From: Botryllus schlosseri
Lineage: Eukaryota
Assembly: GCA_051294905.1 (NCBI GenBank)
Contig: CM119384.1
Span: 1,240,001-1,304,000, forward strand
Direction of reading: 5' to 3'
Length of the DNA: 64,000 nucleotides
Shown: piece by piece, positions 24,601 through 39,600 of the stretch
Numbering within the stretch: the stretch's first letter is position 1
How the letters are laid out: the number at the start of each line of letters is the position of its first letter
Notes under the pieces: generated by a model
The model's database searches: none
What the model was told of the DNA's origin: nothing
What the model saw: the letters and a program-made list of their open reading frames with translations, nothing else
Translations under genes and position numbers: made by a program

Positions 24601-27600
24601 ATAACCACTAAATAACTTCAATGCTAGATAGAAATGACTAGGCTTGACGTGATATGTTCATTAAAACACGCACCAAAAGCTGTAGTCGGAAGCGTTAATA
24701 TTACATTTGCCAGCAATATTTCCTTGTGGAAATGGGTTTTCGGTACTCGTTCATATCCAATTGAAGACGCGGATTTTCAAGACAATAAATACTGATGTAA
24801 AATTAATTTCAAAATATTAAATATGTACCCAATTTTTACATATATTGTGATGTTATGTTCAAGAAAATTCATTTTGTGACTGTTCATCACTAGTCTACAA
24901 TCAATAATAGCACGAGACTGATGACGGTTGCGCGATAATTGAGCTACTTTTGAACGAAAACTTGAGGGGATCCGCGGGGATCTGATCTGATCAAAAGGGG
25001 TCCGCGAAGACAAAAAGGTTGAGAACCACTGAATTATAAATTGTCTGTAATTAGGACCCGACATACCGTAATATGTAACCAGACATCAGAAATGCGTGAT
25101 ATGTCGTCTGGGACTTGAATTTTTGACTTGAACTGGTGAACATATTGGCCACTGGCTCTATACACGATATCAAGACTATTAATATGAGAACATTTCAGAT
25201 TGGCGATGTGATAACCATACACGCCAAGAATTTCGCGTCTCGAAATTTCTCTCTCCATCCTCATGGGGTTCAATACCTCAAGCAAAGCGAGGGAGCTCTG
25301 TACGCCGATGGCACGCCGAACTCGGATAAATTCATCACGCCTAACGCGACAAAAACATATACCTGGAATATGTTCGCGGAGTAAGCTATATGCTGGACAG
25401 TGGACACTTATTGTATACATATATACGCAAAAATTGATATTTGTTAGCTGACATTTATCCCGCTTCACATTAAATAGCGAATTGTTGCAATGAATCAGAG
25501 CGTCGTATTGCGAAAGGCCCTTTCTTCCTGGTTATTGTAATCTTTCGTGCTCTTCAAAATTCGAATGTTTAACCCAGTGGTTCTCAACCTTTTTGTCTTC
25601 GCGGACCCCTTTCGAACTGTCATGGACCCCGCGGACCCCCACGAACTTTTTGTAAAATTTAGCTCAATTATCGTGCAATCGTCATATATCTGATGCAAGT
25701 GATAACTGTAGGCTTAGTGATAAACAGCAACTAAATGACTATTCTTGAAAATTAGATCATACTATTCATGTAGAAATTGGGTTTACTTCTATTATTTCAA
25801 AGCGAATTCTGTAACTGCGATTCATGAAATACGTGGTCGTGTCTTGAAACTCCACGCCTTCGATTTGGATTGGATATGAGCGAGTGCCGAAAATCCATTT
25901 CCACAAATATAGGTGGTGGCGAATATAATGATAACGCTTAAGGCTTCCGACGACACACTTGGGTATGATCGCAACAAATATGGCACCAAAAGTGACAACC
26001 AATTTTTTAATGAACATATAACGTCCAGCCTGGTCATTCTATCCAGCAGCATATCTTGAAGTTATTATGGAAAATTGGTTGTGTATATCACAGGAAAAGA
26101 TGGATTTTTGTAAACATTTCGAAGTACGTGATTGACCTTATTCATCCTACTTTTTTTCCACAATCCCCAACAAAACATCTCTAAACAGCAAAATGTTTGT
26201 ATCAGTAGGATATTGGCCATTTAACAATTAAAATGAGTTTGCACAGTGGGATATCTTATCTCCGGCGGCCATTCTGTTGATGTGATCTCTGGAGTTTTAC
26301 CAGTAATGAAGCGAAACTGCCTCCTGGTTTTCCGAATTTAAAAGAATACAAATTAGGTTGTCAACTATATTTTGAGGCTTTGCGGACCCCTGAAAATACT
26401 TCGCGGATCCCCGGTTGAGAACCGCTGGTTTAACCTAACATGGCCCTGATTATAATCAAGACGGATCTTTAGAGAATATATATAATTGTATCAGTCAATA
26501 CTACAACAACTAAAAGATGGAAACGATAGATGTAGATATCGTGTGTCCATGTAAGATTTAGATATGCCACCGTGGATAGATTTGAATTTGCTGTAATACA
26601 ACTGATAAATACACCCATTAACGTACTCATAAACGAAATTTATACTCGGGTCAATAAACTCAGTTTGCATACTAGTATCTATATTGGTCTGTTGTTTGAT
26701 TTATCGAGATATTTGTTCACTTTTACGGTTAATAATTTCTTACGATTGTTATATGTATTTATATATATATATCGGGTTGGCATCGACTGGTATCCCAAGA
26801 TAAGGACGACTTAAACATCTTCAGTCCCATATGGCCGGTATGCCGCTCGCTCATGTGTTAAAGGTAAACTATAACCTGTTTGCTTCCTGGCTTGTTCTTC
26901 AATTGATTTCTATTCATCTCTTTTGATGACAAATGAGCGTGCGAGGGATTTATGACATTGCCGACCCCCACTTTAGCTTTGGTGTTTGTTCTGAACGTTT
27001 TGCACTTGGGTTTCACATAAATTCTCAACGAAAGTGGTAAATGACATATAATGTTCGATTCAATGAACGTTTCATTGATCCCAATATTATTCCTTATTAA
27101 ATCATCATTAGCATCTTTTCAGGTATGGACCAACTGAATATGATCCTGCTTGTGCCACGTACATATACCATTCCCACGTAAACACTATGCGAGACACGTA
27201 CAGTGGACTATTGGGGGCGATGCTGGTGTGCAGACAAGGTAACCATCGTGGTTAATTGGAATGCTTATTTATAAAGAGACTCTTGGAGGTACAGAGCTTC
27301 AGTATGCGTGTAAATAATATATTCATAGTGAAATAAACCCGAATATTTTCTGATTCTTTATATTTCACAGGTACTCTCCGAGACAATGGAACGAGACGTG
27401 ACGTTGACCGAAGCTATGTTCTGAATTTTTACGTCATTGATGAAAACCTAAGCTGGTACATCAATGAAAATATTGAGGTATAACTGATACTTCGGTAGTG
27501 GCCACTTGCTATTAAGACGTGTCAATGCTGGTGTCGGTTTCTCGTGTCGGTTTCTTTAGTTGTTCTGCAATGAAAGTCTGGTCAATCCCGAAGACCCCGA

Positions 27601-30600
27601 TTTTCAAGAAAGCAATACAATGCATGCTGTCAATGGCCTTGGATATGGGAATTTGGAAGGTTTAACCGCTTGCCAGGGCGAAACCGTTGGTTGGAACGTG
27701 TTCGGATTCGGAAATGAAGTTGACATCCATTCTGTTCAGTTTGAAAAGCAAACGGTGAGCATAACAATCGATATGCAGATTCAATGTGTTTCATGTCAAG
27801 CCACGAAAATTTGACCCGTCATTCATGTTTCTCATCCGGTTCCGAGTCACAAGTCAATATCATTTTTATAGTATACTCAAGTCAAGTCGAGTCATTTTCA
27901 ATTCACCACCGATTCAAGTCCGAGTCCAAGTCAGGAAGTAGAGGGTCGAGCCCGAGTCCAAGTCATAGTGTTCACTGTTCAGCTTTGAGTTCAATCCGGT
28001 TCAAATCACTTTTTTCAGCTCTGCCCGAGTGACAGATTCTGGCCCTATTTCCCAAGTATCAGGACTGACAGACGAAATACCATTCATGATTCGAATCGAG
28101 TGGTGACATATTATACGATCTATTACAGTAATAGATGCTTTACCAACGAGAATTATAAGTTCGTTGTATTTTCCACTGATGAAGCCTTGAAATCTCGATT
28201 GGTCGTATTGAAGCTTACAGAGATACGCACGTTAATGGAAATGATATATCTGTGGAATCGTAATCAACCCTGCACAGCATTGTCAAAAAGTGCAATGAAA
28301 TAGACGCGGTCGAAAAATGCCGAATTATCTCTAACTTGTTGTATAACTGGAATTATGTAATTTGCGGTAGAATAAAAGCTACATATTTGAACAGTCATCT
28401 TTCATACTGATCCAACCTCATAATGAACGATACTCGAATACCTGACTCGATCAGAAGCCAAATACGCGATTCAGAATAAAATCGAGCCTGACGCTGATTG
28501 ACAAAATGTTCACCTGCGTAGATCCGTTAAAAGTGACGTGTAATGTACTCGTTTAAACCTGTCCGATTGGAGAAACCATTTCGAACAACTAGCACCGAGA
28601 TTTATGCTATTTCCCGTACGCTTCAGTATGGTCTCGTAAATCTAATGTGGTTGCAGATCAACGTCACAAGTCACAGGCAAGACACGATCAATTTATTCGC
28701 AGCTGTCTTCAAATCCGTTACCATGGTAGCCGCCAATCCCGGGGAATCAATGATTTCTTGCAGAGTCAACGATCATTACACCGGTGAGAGTGCAGTGCGT
28801 TTGTAATGGGGTATTTTGCAACCTTTTACGCAGAGGTGGTCAGTAAATGATAACTGCTATTTCAGAGTGCTCTGAAAACTTGCACCGGGGCCTACGATGC
28901 ACTATCTATGATATTATATATACTTAATACTTAGTGATTATGTTTCGAGAATACTTCTGGGACTTTCGGGATAATTTTGCATCGCTTTTACAAGTGAAAT
29001 TGATATTAGAACTTGACGAGATGACCTCTGTATCATTGTAAGCCAATATATTTCCAGAGATCGTACCTGTTGGTAGTGCCATTATAGTCATTTCTTCTGG
29101 GACTTTCGGGATAATTTTGCATCGCTTTCACAAGTGAAATTGATATTAGAACTTGACGAGATGGCCTCTGTATCATTGTAAGTCAATATATTTCCGGAGA
29201 TCGTACCTGTTGGTAGTGCCATTATAGTCATTTTGCGTTAGTCGCGAAAATACATTTTGCAATTTCTAAGACGGGTCAAAACTACTCCAAGTGGAAGTCG
29301 CAAATGGTAGATTTGAAAACTACTCAAGTATGTTGCTTGAAAAAGTACATTTGGTCGAAGGGTATCATACTTTTTTTAGCGGTTATGAAGTAGCCACCTC
29401 CGATTATCCGCTAATAGTCCGATACCCGTCAACCAAATAATACTTTTTCAAGTTATTTATTTATGTAGTTTTCAAACCTTCCGTTTTATACTTCCACGTG
29501 TAGTAGTTTTGATTTGTCCTGGAAATCGCTTCTTTATACTTGTAATTGAGTGTAATTTTACGGGGTTACTTCAATCCTTACTTGAGTAGCGATAATGGAG
29601 GTTGACTATAGGCTAATTGAATACCTCTGGTAATACATGGATAGATCATTGATATAAAATTGTGAAATTTCTGTAAAGCTGGAATGTACACATCCTTCAA
29701 TGTCAATACCACCTGCGGCTCTCCCGTTCAACCTGCCGATATGAACGAGGCGAAAAATATTTACCTCGTTATTGAAGAAGGAGATTGGAACTACGGACCC
29801 TCTGGAATGAATCTTATGACTGACGTTTCGTTAACAGCAGACGGAACGTAAGTTTTTCATTCCATCAGCTATATTCTTGGGCAGGAGCGCAGACCAATTC
29901 CAGTTTACTGTGTAGTTGCGTTAACCCCAAGATTTCGAAAGCCAATGACTAAAAAACGGCATCTCTTAAGCCAGGAATATCTAGAACTCAAGATATCCCT
30001 ACCTTAAGCTCATTCTCTTTCTAGGCTATTTCGTGCCTGAAAAAATATGCCTAATGACTAAGAATAGGTCTTCGCTCTCACAGTTCCCTTCACAGTGTCA
30101 AATGCCCGATTCGATATTAATCACGCTTCGGGTTTTTGAACAGATTTCGAATAGGCTGTGATGCGATTTTGCGCATCCCTGTACAAACTTCTACAACTAG
30201 AAAATTTTCAGATTTTCCAAATTAGATTAGAATCAGAATGATAGCTACAGTTTTTCTTCAGATTAGACTAAAATTAGCAATATAGCTACACAATTTTTCA
30301 AAATTAGATTCAAATCAGAATTACTGAATTCGCGAAATCTTGGAAATCGAATAAAGTTAAGCTCATAGCATGAGAATTGCGAATGTCTGTACACGTGTAC
30401 ACTGTACTGTACAGTGTATAGCAAGCTTGGCTCGTTTCGCATATCCACACTTCTCCTGTATAAGCATTTTCAGGAGAACCACATATATAGTTGCCCGAGT
30501 CTACCCTGGTATACTACGGCCGGTCATACATATCTTCGCCAGTACGTCAACCACATTCCATAACAGGCTCGATTGTTTTCAGCGACTCTCAGACCTTTTT

Positions 30601-33600
30601 CATGGACGCATCAGACAGAATAGGAGGGGCGTATAGGAAAGCCCGTTACGTTGGCTACGAAGATGCAACCTTCACGAATACGACACCGGCGGAAAATACG
30701 ATGGGACTGCTCGGTCCTCTGATAGCGGTGGAAATAGGGGACGTGCTTCATGTGACAGTGATCAATAACGCATCGTTTGTAAGTATATCTTCTTGTGTTA
30801 ATAACTAGGATTGAATCAAACAAATAAATAACAACGCATACGCAAGACCTAAGTTGTCAATATACTCCACGATAGATAGATGTTAGTGCGGTCGGCGCTT
30901 TAGAGTTGGACAACTAGAAAATCTTCAGCTTTTCCAAATTAGATTATAGAATAAGGGCGGATATAACAAAGTTGGATTACCTATAAAGTCGATTATCGCG
31001 TTCGTCAGGATTTATCAACCCAGGATTAAGGACACCGGTTGATCGCAGCACACAAAGTTAGCGTTAATCTCATAATTTAACAAACTATAGACAACTAGTT
31101 ATCTATAAAACTGCGTACAATGCGTAGCAGGGAGCTTTCAATATAGTACAATCCGTTCATTATTTGTACCGTACTAATCGGACACGACTTTCATTTCGCG
31201 ATGATGATAATTCTACATATTACAGTGGCAGTACCGTTATCAGGACTCAGGAGGCTGCTCTTCCATCCAACAAATTGACAACTGACAGCCTATAACGCGT
31301 TCTCGCATTATGATGCAACAGATAACGCCACTTGATTGAAAACTCGGGGCATCTTGGCTAACCATCGCGCGTAACCTTTAGCAACTTGAAGCGTCGCGAA
31401 TCGCGATTAGCTGTATTTAATCACACGATTAGCATTCTTGCGGATCAGCTAACTTTATTATCTCCGCCCTATTAGGATTGCAGCAACAAATTCTTTTCCC
31501 AAATTAGAATTGTAGCTACACAGTTTTTTTCAACTTAGATTAGAATTAGAATCAGTGAATTCGCGAAAACTTGGATATTGCACCAAGCCCGTTAATATCA
31601 AATCGCAGTTCATTATTGCTAGCACGAGAATAGCAAATGCCTGCACAGCAAGCTTGACTCGTTTCGCACCATATAGTTCTCTTGAAGCATTTACAGGAAA
31701 ACCAGAAATTGGAGTAGAATTAAAATTAGAGCATCGAAACACTTCACACATTAGATTGGAATTAGAAATAGTGTAGATAAACTTTTCGCAAATTATAGAT
31801 TAGATTGCCGGAAATTCGCTGTAACTAGTCTAATTGGGACAATTAGAATTATCTAATCTGCTGTAGATGCCCGTCTCTTGCGAAAATATTACGCTGTCAA
31901 TACACGATGCTCGGCACGAAATTCATTGTAGACGACAGACTCGGACAACTGGTTAATTCTCATAGTCTAATTACGATATTACAGCGAAGCGCCGGCAATC
32001 TAATTATAATCTTATTATGAAATGTTTCCATGCTCAAATTCAAATCTAATTCCGATTTTCTTGACAATACTACAAGAGGACCGTAAATTGAGAAACAAGC
32101 CAAGTTCGGCGTACAGACATTTCCCATTCTCGTGCCTATGGTAACGAACTCTGATTTAATATGAACCGAACATGATTTTTGCTGTATTTCGTTCTAATCT
32201 CGAATCTCGTTCTAATTTGGCGAAGCTGAATCTTTTTATTTGTCCAACTTTGTGGTGGTCGAGCGATAGAGAATTTCCTCAACCAATTGTTACAGCCTTA
32301 CAACATAGAACCGCACGGGCTGCAGTACAGTGATACACGGGCAGTACAACCGGGAGATAACCACACCTTCGTTTGGTAAGTGTGGAAGTATACTTGGTGA
32401 ATTTCGTGCTCCTGATCGATGTACTAACACAGGGGTGGGCAAACTTTTGAACTCGCGGGCCGCATTCAACATCTGAATCCATTCGCGGGCCGCACTATGT
32501 AAAATTGGGATTATAAACCAAAATGCAATATTGGTATTTGATTATATAGTGAGGACATGGAGATAATAGATGTGCTTATTTAAAACAAACTAAACATTGC
32601 TTTGATGATATCGTACACGCGTCAGAAACATAGTGGCGAGATTTCATAGGCTGATCGACCTCAATAACCAATTTGTCAAAACTATAGAGATGAAACTCGG
32701 TTGTCCAGATTCTCAGAGCAGGATTGAAATTTAAATCTGTGAGCAGCGATCTGTTCATAGATTTACTAAATCCACTTTTGGTTCAGTTCCAGGACACACA
32801 TGTGAACAGCATCAAAATCATGTTAGCTCCCAACATGCTTCTACTATGTGAAAATAAAATATAAATACCCTAAGTCTACACATATAGTGAACGAATCTAC
32901 CTAAGACACGCGCAAATTATTTTTTATAAGCACATCACTGAAATAATTAAAACTGGAGTGGCCTATCTGAAATCCCACTCGCGATCCAAATGATCTCAAT
33001 CTCGTTTAGGAACCACCAATTTGAGAACCACTATCTTAGAATTATCACGGTGAAATATACCAAGAAAAAGTTTAATCAAGTCCCTGCAATAATTCGATTT
33101 TTAGTACGCATTTTATCTATATTTAAATGAAGTTTCTCTAGACTCTCGCGGGCCGCAGAGAACGGTGTTGCGGGCCGTTGTTTGCCCACCCCTGTACTAA
33201 CACCATATTATAATTTTGTGAAGTACTATATGAGACGCTAACTTGTCTAGTTTTTTTTTTAAATTTTACCGATATATCGAGTATAGGCTATTGTGAATAC
33301 GGGGTATATTCAGTTCACCCGTGCCGAGTTGTAAAAAATTGATTTGAACATGTCAATATGAACACGACACCGAACAGTAATGTGTCTTGGACTCGGACAT
33401 GACTCGGTGTTGAATTGAAATTCACTCTACATGACTTGAGTCGAAACTATGACAGTAAGATTGACTTGTGACCTATAACCTTGTGAATTGGATACAACCC
33501 TATGGTTGTCATGTGCATATCGTTGTAGGTTTCACTTCCCCACTATAGTTAAGAAATTGCGAATGACATTTTGACAGTCTTTGAAATTAGCTGCCGTATT

Positions 33601-36600
33601 TCAGGACCGCTCCAGACTTTGTTTCGCCAACTGAAACCGACCCGGACTGCATAACCTATTTATACTCGTCTACCGTGAATCCCGTACAAGATTCGAATTC
33701 GGGGCTAGTCGGGCCACTCTTGCTTTGCAAACGAGGTAGGCTGAATCTGCAATTATGTAATATTTCAAGAAAACAAACGCAAGTTTCTATACTTACATAA
33801 AGTCTAAATCCTATGCAATGATTTTTGGTATAAGATCAAAGTTGAACGACTACAAAATTTTCAGCTCCACTCAGAATTAGAATTATATCTACGCAGTTTT
33901 TTTCAAAATTGCATTGGAATTAGAATAACTGAACTCGCTGAGACAAGGAAATTAAATTAAATTCTAAACAGGGATATATAGAACTCCGGGATGGCTGACT
34001 TCTTTTTGGCCTTTACCTAAGTAGGTCCAAAATGTTACCTCGAAATATCCACTGTTCTGCAAGCTAGCGATACAGCTGTTTCTAGAATAATGATCCTCAA
34101 CCTTTTGCAGAATAGGTAGTGAGTAAGCTAGACGTTCTTCCCATATCTCAACCTTACTGCTGTATAGCCAACCAAGTAAAGTATGGCACTGCTGTATAGC
34201 CAACCAAGTCAAGTATGACAACTCTGAACTTCATTAAATCACGAGTGTGTTTAATTTCTACACATCATATAATCTGCATCAGGCCATAAATAACAGAGTG
34301 AATAACAAATAAAATCAGCGTCATCTACCTATTTACAAGCCATTGTCGGAAACCGTGCAGCTGGGAAGGGGGGGGGGGGGGGGTAATAGGATTGATTAAA
34401 TCAACCGTTTCAATTCGCGTTAATCCACAATTACCATGTGGTAGGGTTGCATTTTAAACAAACATATTTAAAACAAGGCCCTTGTATAAAACATACTTTT
34501 ATTGTTTTTTTAAGCCATGACGTCAAGAATATGCAATTGTGGCGTCATATTGGATTGACATTGACAATTGAAAATATAGTGTAAATATAGCTCCTTTGAC
34601 GAAATATCTGTACCATTGCTGTTGAACCTACTATCTTGAGGGTTCCAACCATCCCATATCGATAAGTCGGCTATATCGGGTGGTAGGCTCATACAACATA
34701 TTTTTTGGAAAGTATTAACACAATTATGGCATAATTTGGCAACTTAAAAATTTTTTTTTCAAAAGGCGTTTGTTTAAAACACTGTTTAAAGCATGTTTTA
34801 AAACACCGCTTGTTTTAAACACAACCCTACCATGGAGCATTTCCAATAACGAAAAGATAGCACGGCCTGTAAGGACTCGAAATTGTGATAGCAGCTTTGT
34901 CATCTTCTACGTCACTATATGAAAGTTCATCAAGAATTCCACACACCATTGATACTTCTCTTCAGGTTCAAATGTAGCCTCGGGGGGGGGGGGGGGGGGG
35001 GTAGAAGTTTGGTACATATTATATTATCAATTTGAGAAGCATTCAGTACAACCAGTTGCTGAATTCAGTTGGTATTTTGTTCACCTAGAAATAGTTTCAA
35101 GACCACAGTGAAGAAATTACCACCATTGGCCTAACGGTACATCACGAATGGGCCTTCTGAAGCATTTCAAGCCATATTCAGTTAGGAAATATTCAGTATA
35201 ATTGTCTTGCAGATTTTCCGATAAGAGCGATAGATGATTCCATGTTAAAAAAACATCTCGGTGAGGAGGCACGAGATCAAAATATTCAGATTGTTGCCAA
35301 CTTTGCCAAGATTTCAATGGGATGTGCCCAGTATAATATATCAGGATATCCACTGTTGACGTGATGCAAATGCTGAAACATCGCGTTTTTTTTTCTGGAA
35401 TCTGCAACAAAAAAGAACAATTGATGTATTTAGAGACACAAATTAACCTTAAGAATATAACATGTATGCAGAGGTGGTCAGTAGTGAAGAACTTCTACTT
35501 CATTGAAGTACTCAAGTAGGTGTTGCCTATTTTCGAAGATACATCTTGTAATTTTGAAGTAGCCATCTCCAAACTTAAGTACCTTGCAGGCATTTCACTC
35601 TCTACTGCTACTTGAGGAAGTTTAAATACCAGTACGCCCTGGGAATACGACTGTTACTTGAGTAGCAATGCTGACAACTTCAACCACATCAGGATTAATG
35701 TAAATCCCTCATTTAATACTGTATCACTAGAATCAGCCAAACTTACCTTAGGCCGACTGAGGAGAGGTCCATACTTCGTTGCGACTATTTGACGAAACCT
35801 TGCAAATTGAAAGCAATCTTCAGAGATTTCTCTTCCTTCATCGTATAGGCCTATAGCCTATAGGCTATAAGTGTTTATATGGTAAAGACAGGCCATATCT
35901 CAGGGTCGTATCCTGTCCTGACGATTGTATGGGAGTGGGCATCTTCAAGGCTTCACTAAGAGCAAATGGTCAACAAATGTTGTGGCCATATTCTGGGAGT
36001 CAGCCATTGGCAGTTCACAACAGTGCACTTCTGTTGAAGTATAATTCCAGTATTGTAGCATTAAGGTGCCGTTCATTAACAAACATATGCCTGCCTTGTT
36101 TTATCGGACATGTAACTGATGAATAGTATCTGTAACAAGAGATTGGATTCAACAGTTGTTATAACAGTTGTTATGGACTCTTACAACTGCAACGACCTTG
36201 ACATGTTGTGTTTGTATCAGATTCAAATGTTCGGTTATCCTTAATTGAAATGCCTCTCGAATCTTGCATACCGCCCGTAGTCTACTCAGTGGCTCCAATT
36301 CTTACTAGGAATAATTCAGCAATGATCTGGAATAATAAGCCTGCAATACCAGCACAACCTGCATCTTCACATATTAATCTATAGCACGAGATCTTAACAG
36401 ACAAAGTCACTCCTAACGGTCGCCTTCATAGTCGACACGGCACAGTGTAAATGTACACTTGTACTTGCACAATGTAAAGCCTTGGATGGTGACATACATT
36501 ATATCGCATAACGTAAGTAATGAAGAACATACCGCAAGGCGTAATCAAAATCCAGGGATATCTAGATCTAGTTTCTAGATATCCCTGTCAAAATCCTACT

Positions 36601-39600
36601 GCTGATATCAATGTTAACGTTGGAAATTCTTCTACATTCTCTTATCTTCTCACGATTATCAACGCAACGAAACATGTTACATAACATACTACAGAAGCAG
36701 TGATATTCCGAAGGCGAGCAAATGACCGTACCGGTATGCGGTATACCGGTAAATTGCTGCTGAAGGGATAGGGCCAATACCGCAAAGTTGCAGACTACCT
36801 GAACATCTCATAACCTGGTTAACCTCTAGCTTTATAAAAGAACATAAACATGGATATTATATGCCTCTACGGCTCTCAAAGACTTGAAATTACACACAGA
36901 AGAAGCGGCTGACCAGAACGTGCATCAAAACTGAATGCGCGAATCCGGACCTACTTAGGTAATACCTCGATGACGCAATTGACGCAGTCAGCCATCCCGG
37001 AGTTCTATATATCCCTGATTCTAAATTACAAATAAGTACAAAAAATGGCTTAAAATTACTAGTGTAACACACCAGATAACCGAGCACCAATTAAATTTGG
37101 AAATCTTCAGGGAAATTGGCTGACGCTCTACTACGCGATGCGTATTACCTTCTTTTCACGGTTTTCGATGAAAATCAGAGTAACTATCTGGAGCAGAATA
37201 TTCCAACTAACGCCACATCCGACTTAACCGCCGATGAGAATTTTCAGGAGTCAAATTTGATGCACAGTAAGTGAAAAGAATGAGCTACAAAATGCATCAA
37301 TGTTGCGTAGTTGTATGCCAATGGTTTCGATTCGTTATCATGATTTTTTAGGTATCAATGGACTGATGTACGGGAATCTCTTGGACATATCGTTATGCGT
37401 TGGTCGTGAGACTGACTTTCACGTAATTGGTCTGGGAACCGAGGTAGATATGCATTCGATGTTTGCGTCCGGGATGAATATCAAAGTGAGGTGAGTACGA
37501 ATCTTGGTTTGTGGGTTTCTAAGGCAGTGTCCTATATTAAAATGGTGTCCTGAACTCAAAATATTTTCCAAGAGGGGGGTTTTGTAGCATGTCATATCAT
37601 AACATGTTCATAAACCCCGGTATTTGTTACATTTACTCGGGCTAAATCAAATCGCGACACTTGATCATTTCACAGCTCAAAATGCACACAGATGCAAGGG
37701 ATTAGTTACAGAAAAACTTGCTAGAATACGTAGGCTATTTAAGGTTTGTAGCACGGTAAGCTGTGACTGAAAACAACAAAGTTTTGGAAGTCGCTCAATT
37801 CTGAACAGCCGTTCTGAACAGTCATACTGCCATACTTGGAATTCATCTGTGTATAAAATCGCTAAATTGTAAATTGCTTACCATAGGATTGTTAAGTGAG
37901 CAAAACTAAACGACATATTCAATGATACGTAGACTTACAGAATTTTTACAACAGGAACGAAAACACACAAGTCGTGAGCGTGTTCCCTCACACAACTTCG
38001 ACGGTCACCGTGATTCCTAGCGCCACTGGACAAGGAGAGATTAAATGCATGGTGGTGGATCATCTCATTGGTGGAATGTTAACTTCTTACTCGGTAATTG
38101 AGTAGCTGAATTAAGTTGGTGCTGAGGTTGCACAAAATATAGCTCGTATATTGTTCAGAATATACATAGTGATAATACATTAGTTACTTTAGGGTTATCA
38201 TAGGTTCAAAATGCCATAAATAGAGCGAAATTTGATTTCTAAGGCAGGAATCGCAAGGTTGACTAAAAAGAAAATTCAGCGCCAACCAATTATACGTGGG
38301 AATGGGTCTTTTGAGAGTCGAGTTGGAAAACAACAATATTTCCCGTAAAATTTTTAAATTGCCCGCTTTCTCGTCTGTTACTATATCTTTTGTAAAAAAG
38401 CCCCTCTTCCGGATCACAAAATATGATAACCCTACATTATAGCGATTGCAGTTACATATTGATAATGATGCTTGACTGCTATGAGTTTGAGCATCTGAGC
38501 GCTTTTTATTTCTTGACCCCTCCGAGCAAGACGTTTTACATGCCCCTCCTCATAGTCACAAGTGATGCTGCTCACTGACTATACATGCGATTCCCGTTGT
38601 CATCAACCGTTGGTTATTTCTTTCAAATTAAAAAAATATTTGATGGTGCGCGAGCTAATTTTGACTTGAAGATGTTATTATGGTCCCAAAGATATTAGAT
38701 CATGTTGTTGAATTTGTATTATCGTCAGGGCGATCTATAGCCTATATATAGCATAGCTGAGCTATACAATGTTAGCATATAGACAGACACATACATGTGT
38801 GTGTGTGTGTGTGTGTGTGTGCATGTGCAATGTGCATATCTATGGTTTTCGGTTTTACTACGGATGTATCGCTAGAGTTTATGTATCGTGTAGGCTAATT
38901 CCGTATATTTAATGTTTAAGTCCATATCTAAACGATATATGTGTATTTATTTCATTCAAATTCCCCCTATAAGCTCTTATAGACGTGTCGAACAAAATCT
39001 GTCAAGTGATAAGCACCGACATCTCAATTTTACTATTATAGTAACAATAATAATAATGAAATGAAAAGATTAGATAATCCATATATTTGCTTTGTGTTCA
39101 GGTGTCCGAAACTTGTGAAGATGTGCAACAGAATCCCTCAGGAGTAAATCGCACGTATTATATCGGGGTTGTGGAGGAAAATTGGGATTATGTCAATGGC
39201 TGGAAATACGACACTTTAGGGCGCTCACTTGCGGACCCAAGCACGCCTGGCTACACCTTTACTCACCAAGAAGATGGGGTTTTCATAGGTATATGCGGAC
39301 TGCTTATTTATATACCGTTCTCCGTAGCAGAACAAAAGACGACTATAAAGATCATGTACATTTAGAAATTACACATTCATATGCATGCGAGGGCTTGCGT
39401 TGGACAACTGCAGAAAATTTCCGCCTTTTTCGAATTAGATTAGAATATGAATGACCGAATTTGCTTTGAAATACAATAAAAATCTTTGGAATTTAATTCA
39501 ATTTCAAGGTTATCTGTAATTGAAGCTTGGCACATTCGCACTATATAAAGTTCTGTAGCTTTTTAAGGAAAATCAGAAATTAGATTAGAATTAAAATTAG

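Noticed and set aside
9661-26052. ORFs such as 1804-2052, 9830-10156, 20307-20495 and 25766-26052
   Set aside because: Fall within repeated non-coding elements and the frames are not conserved between copies.
35100-35420. Possible hAT dimerisation-domain fragment (YPDILYW...LAKLA)
   Set aside because: Too degenerate, with several stops; not supportable by eye.
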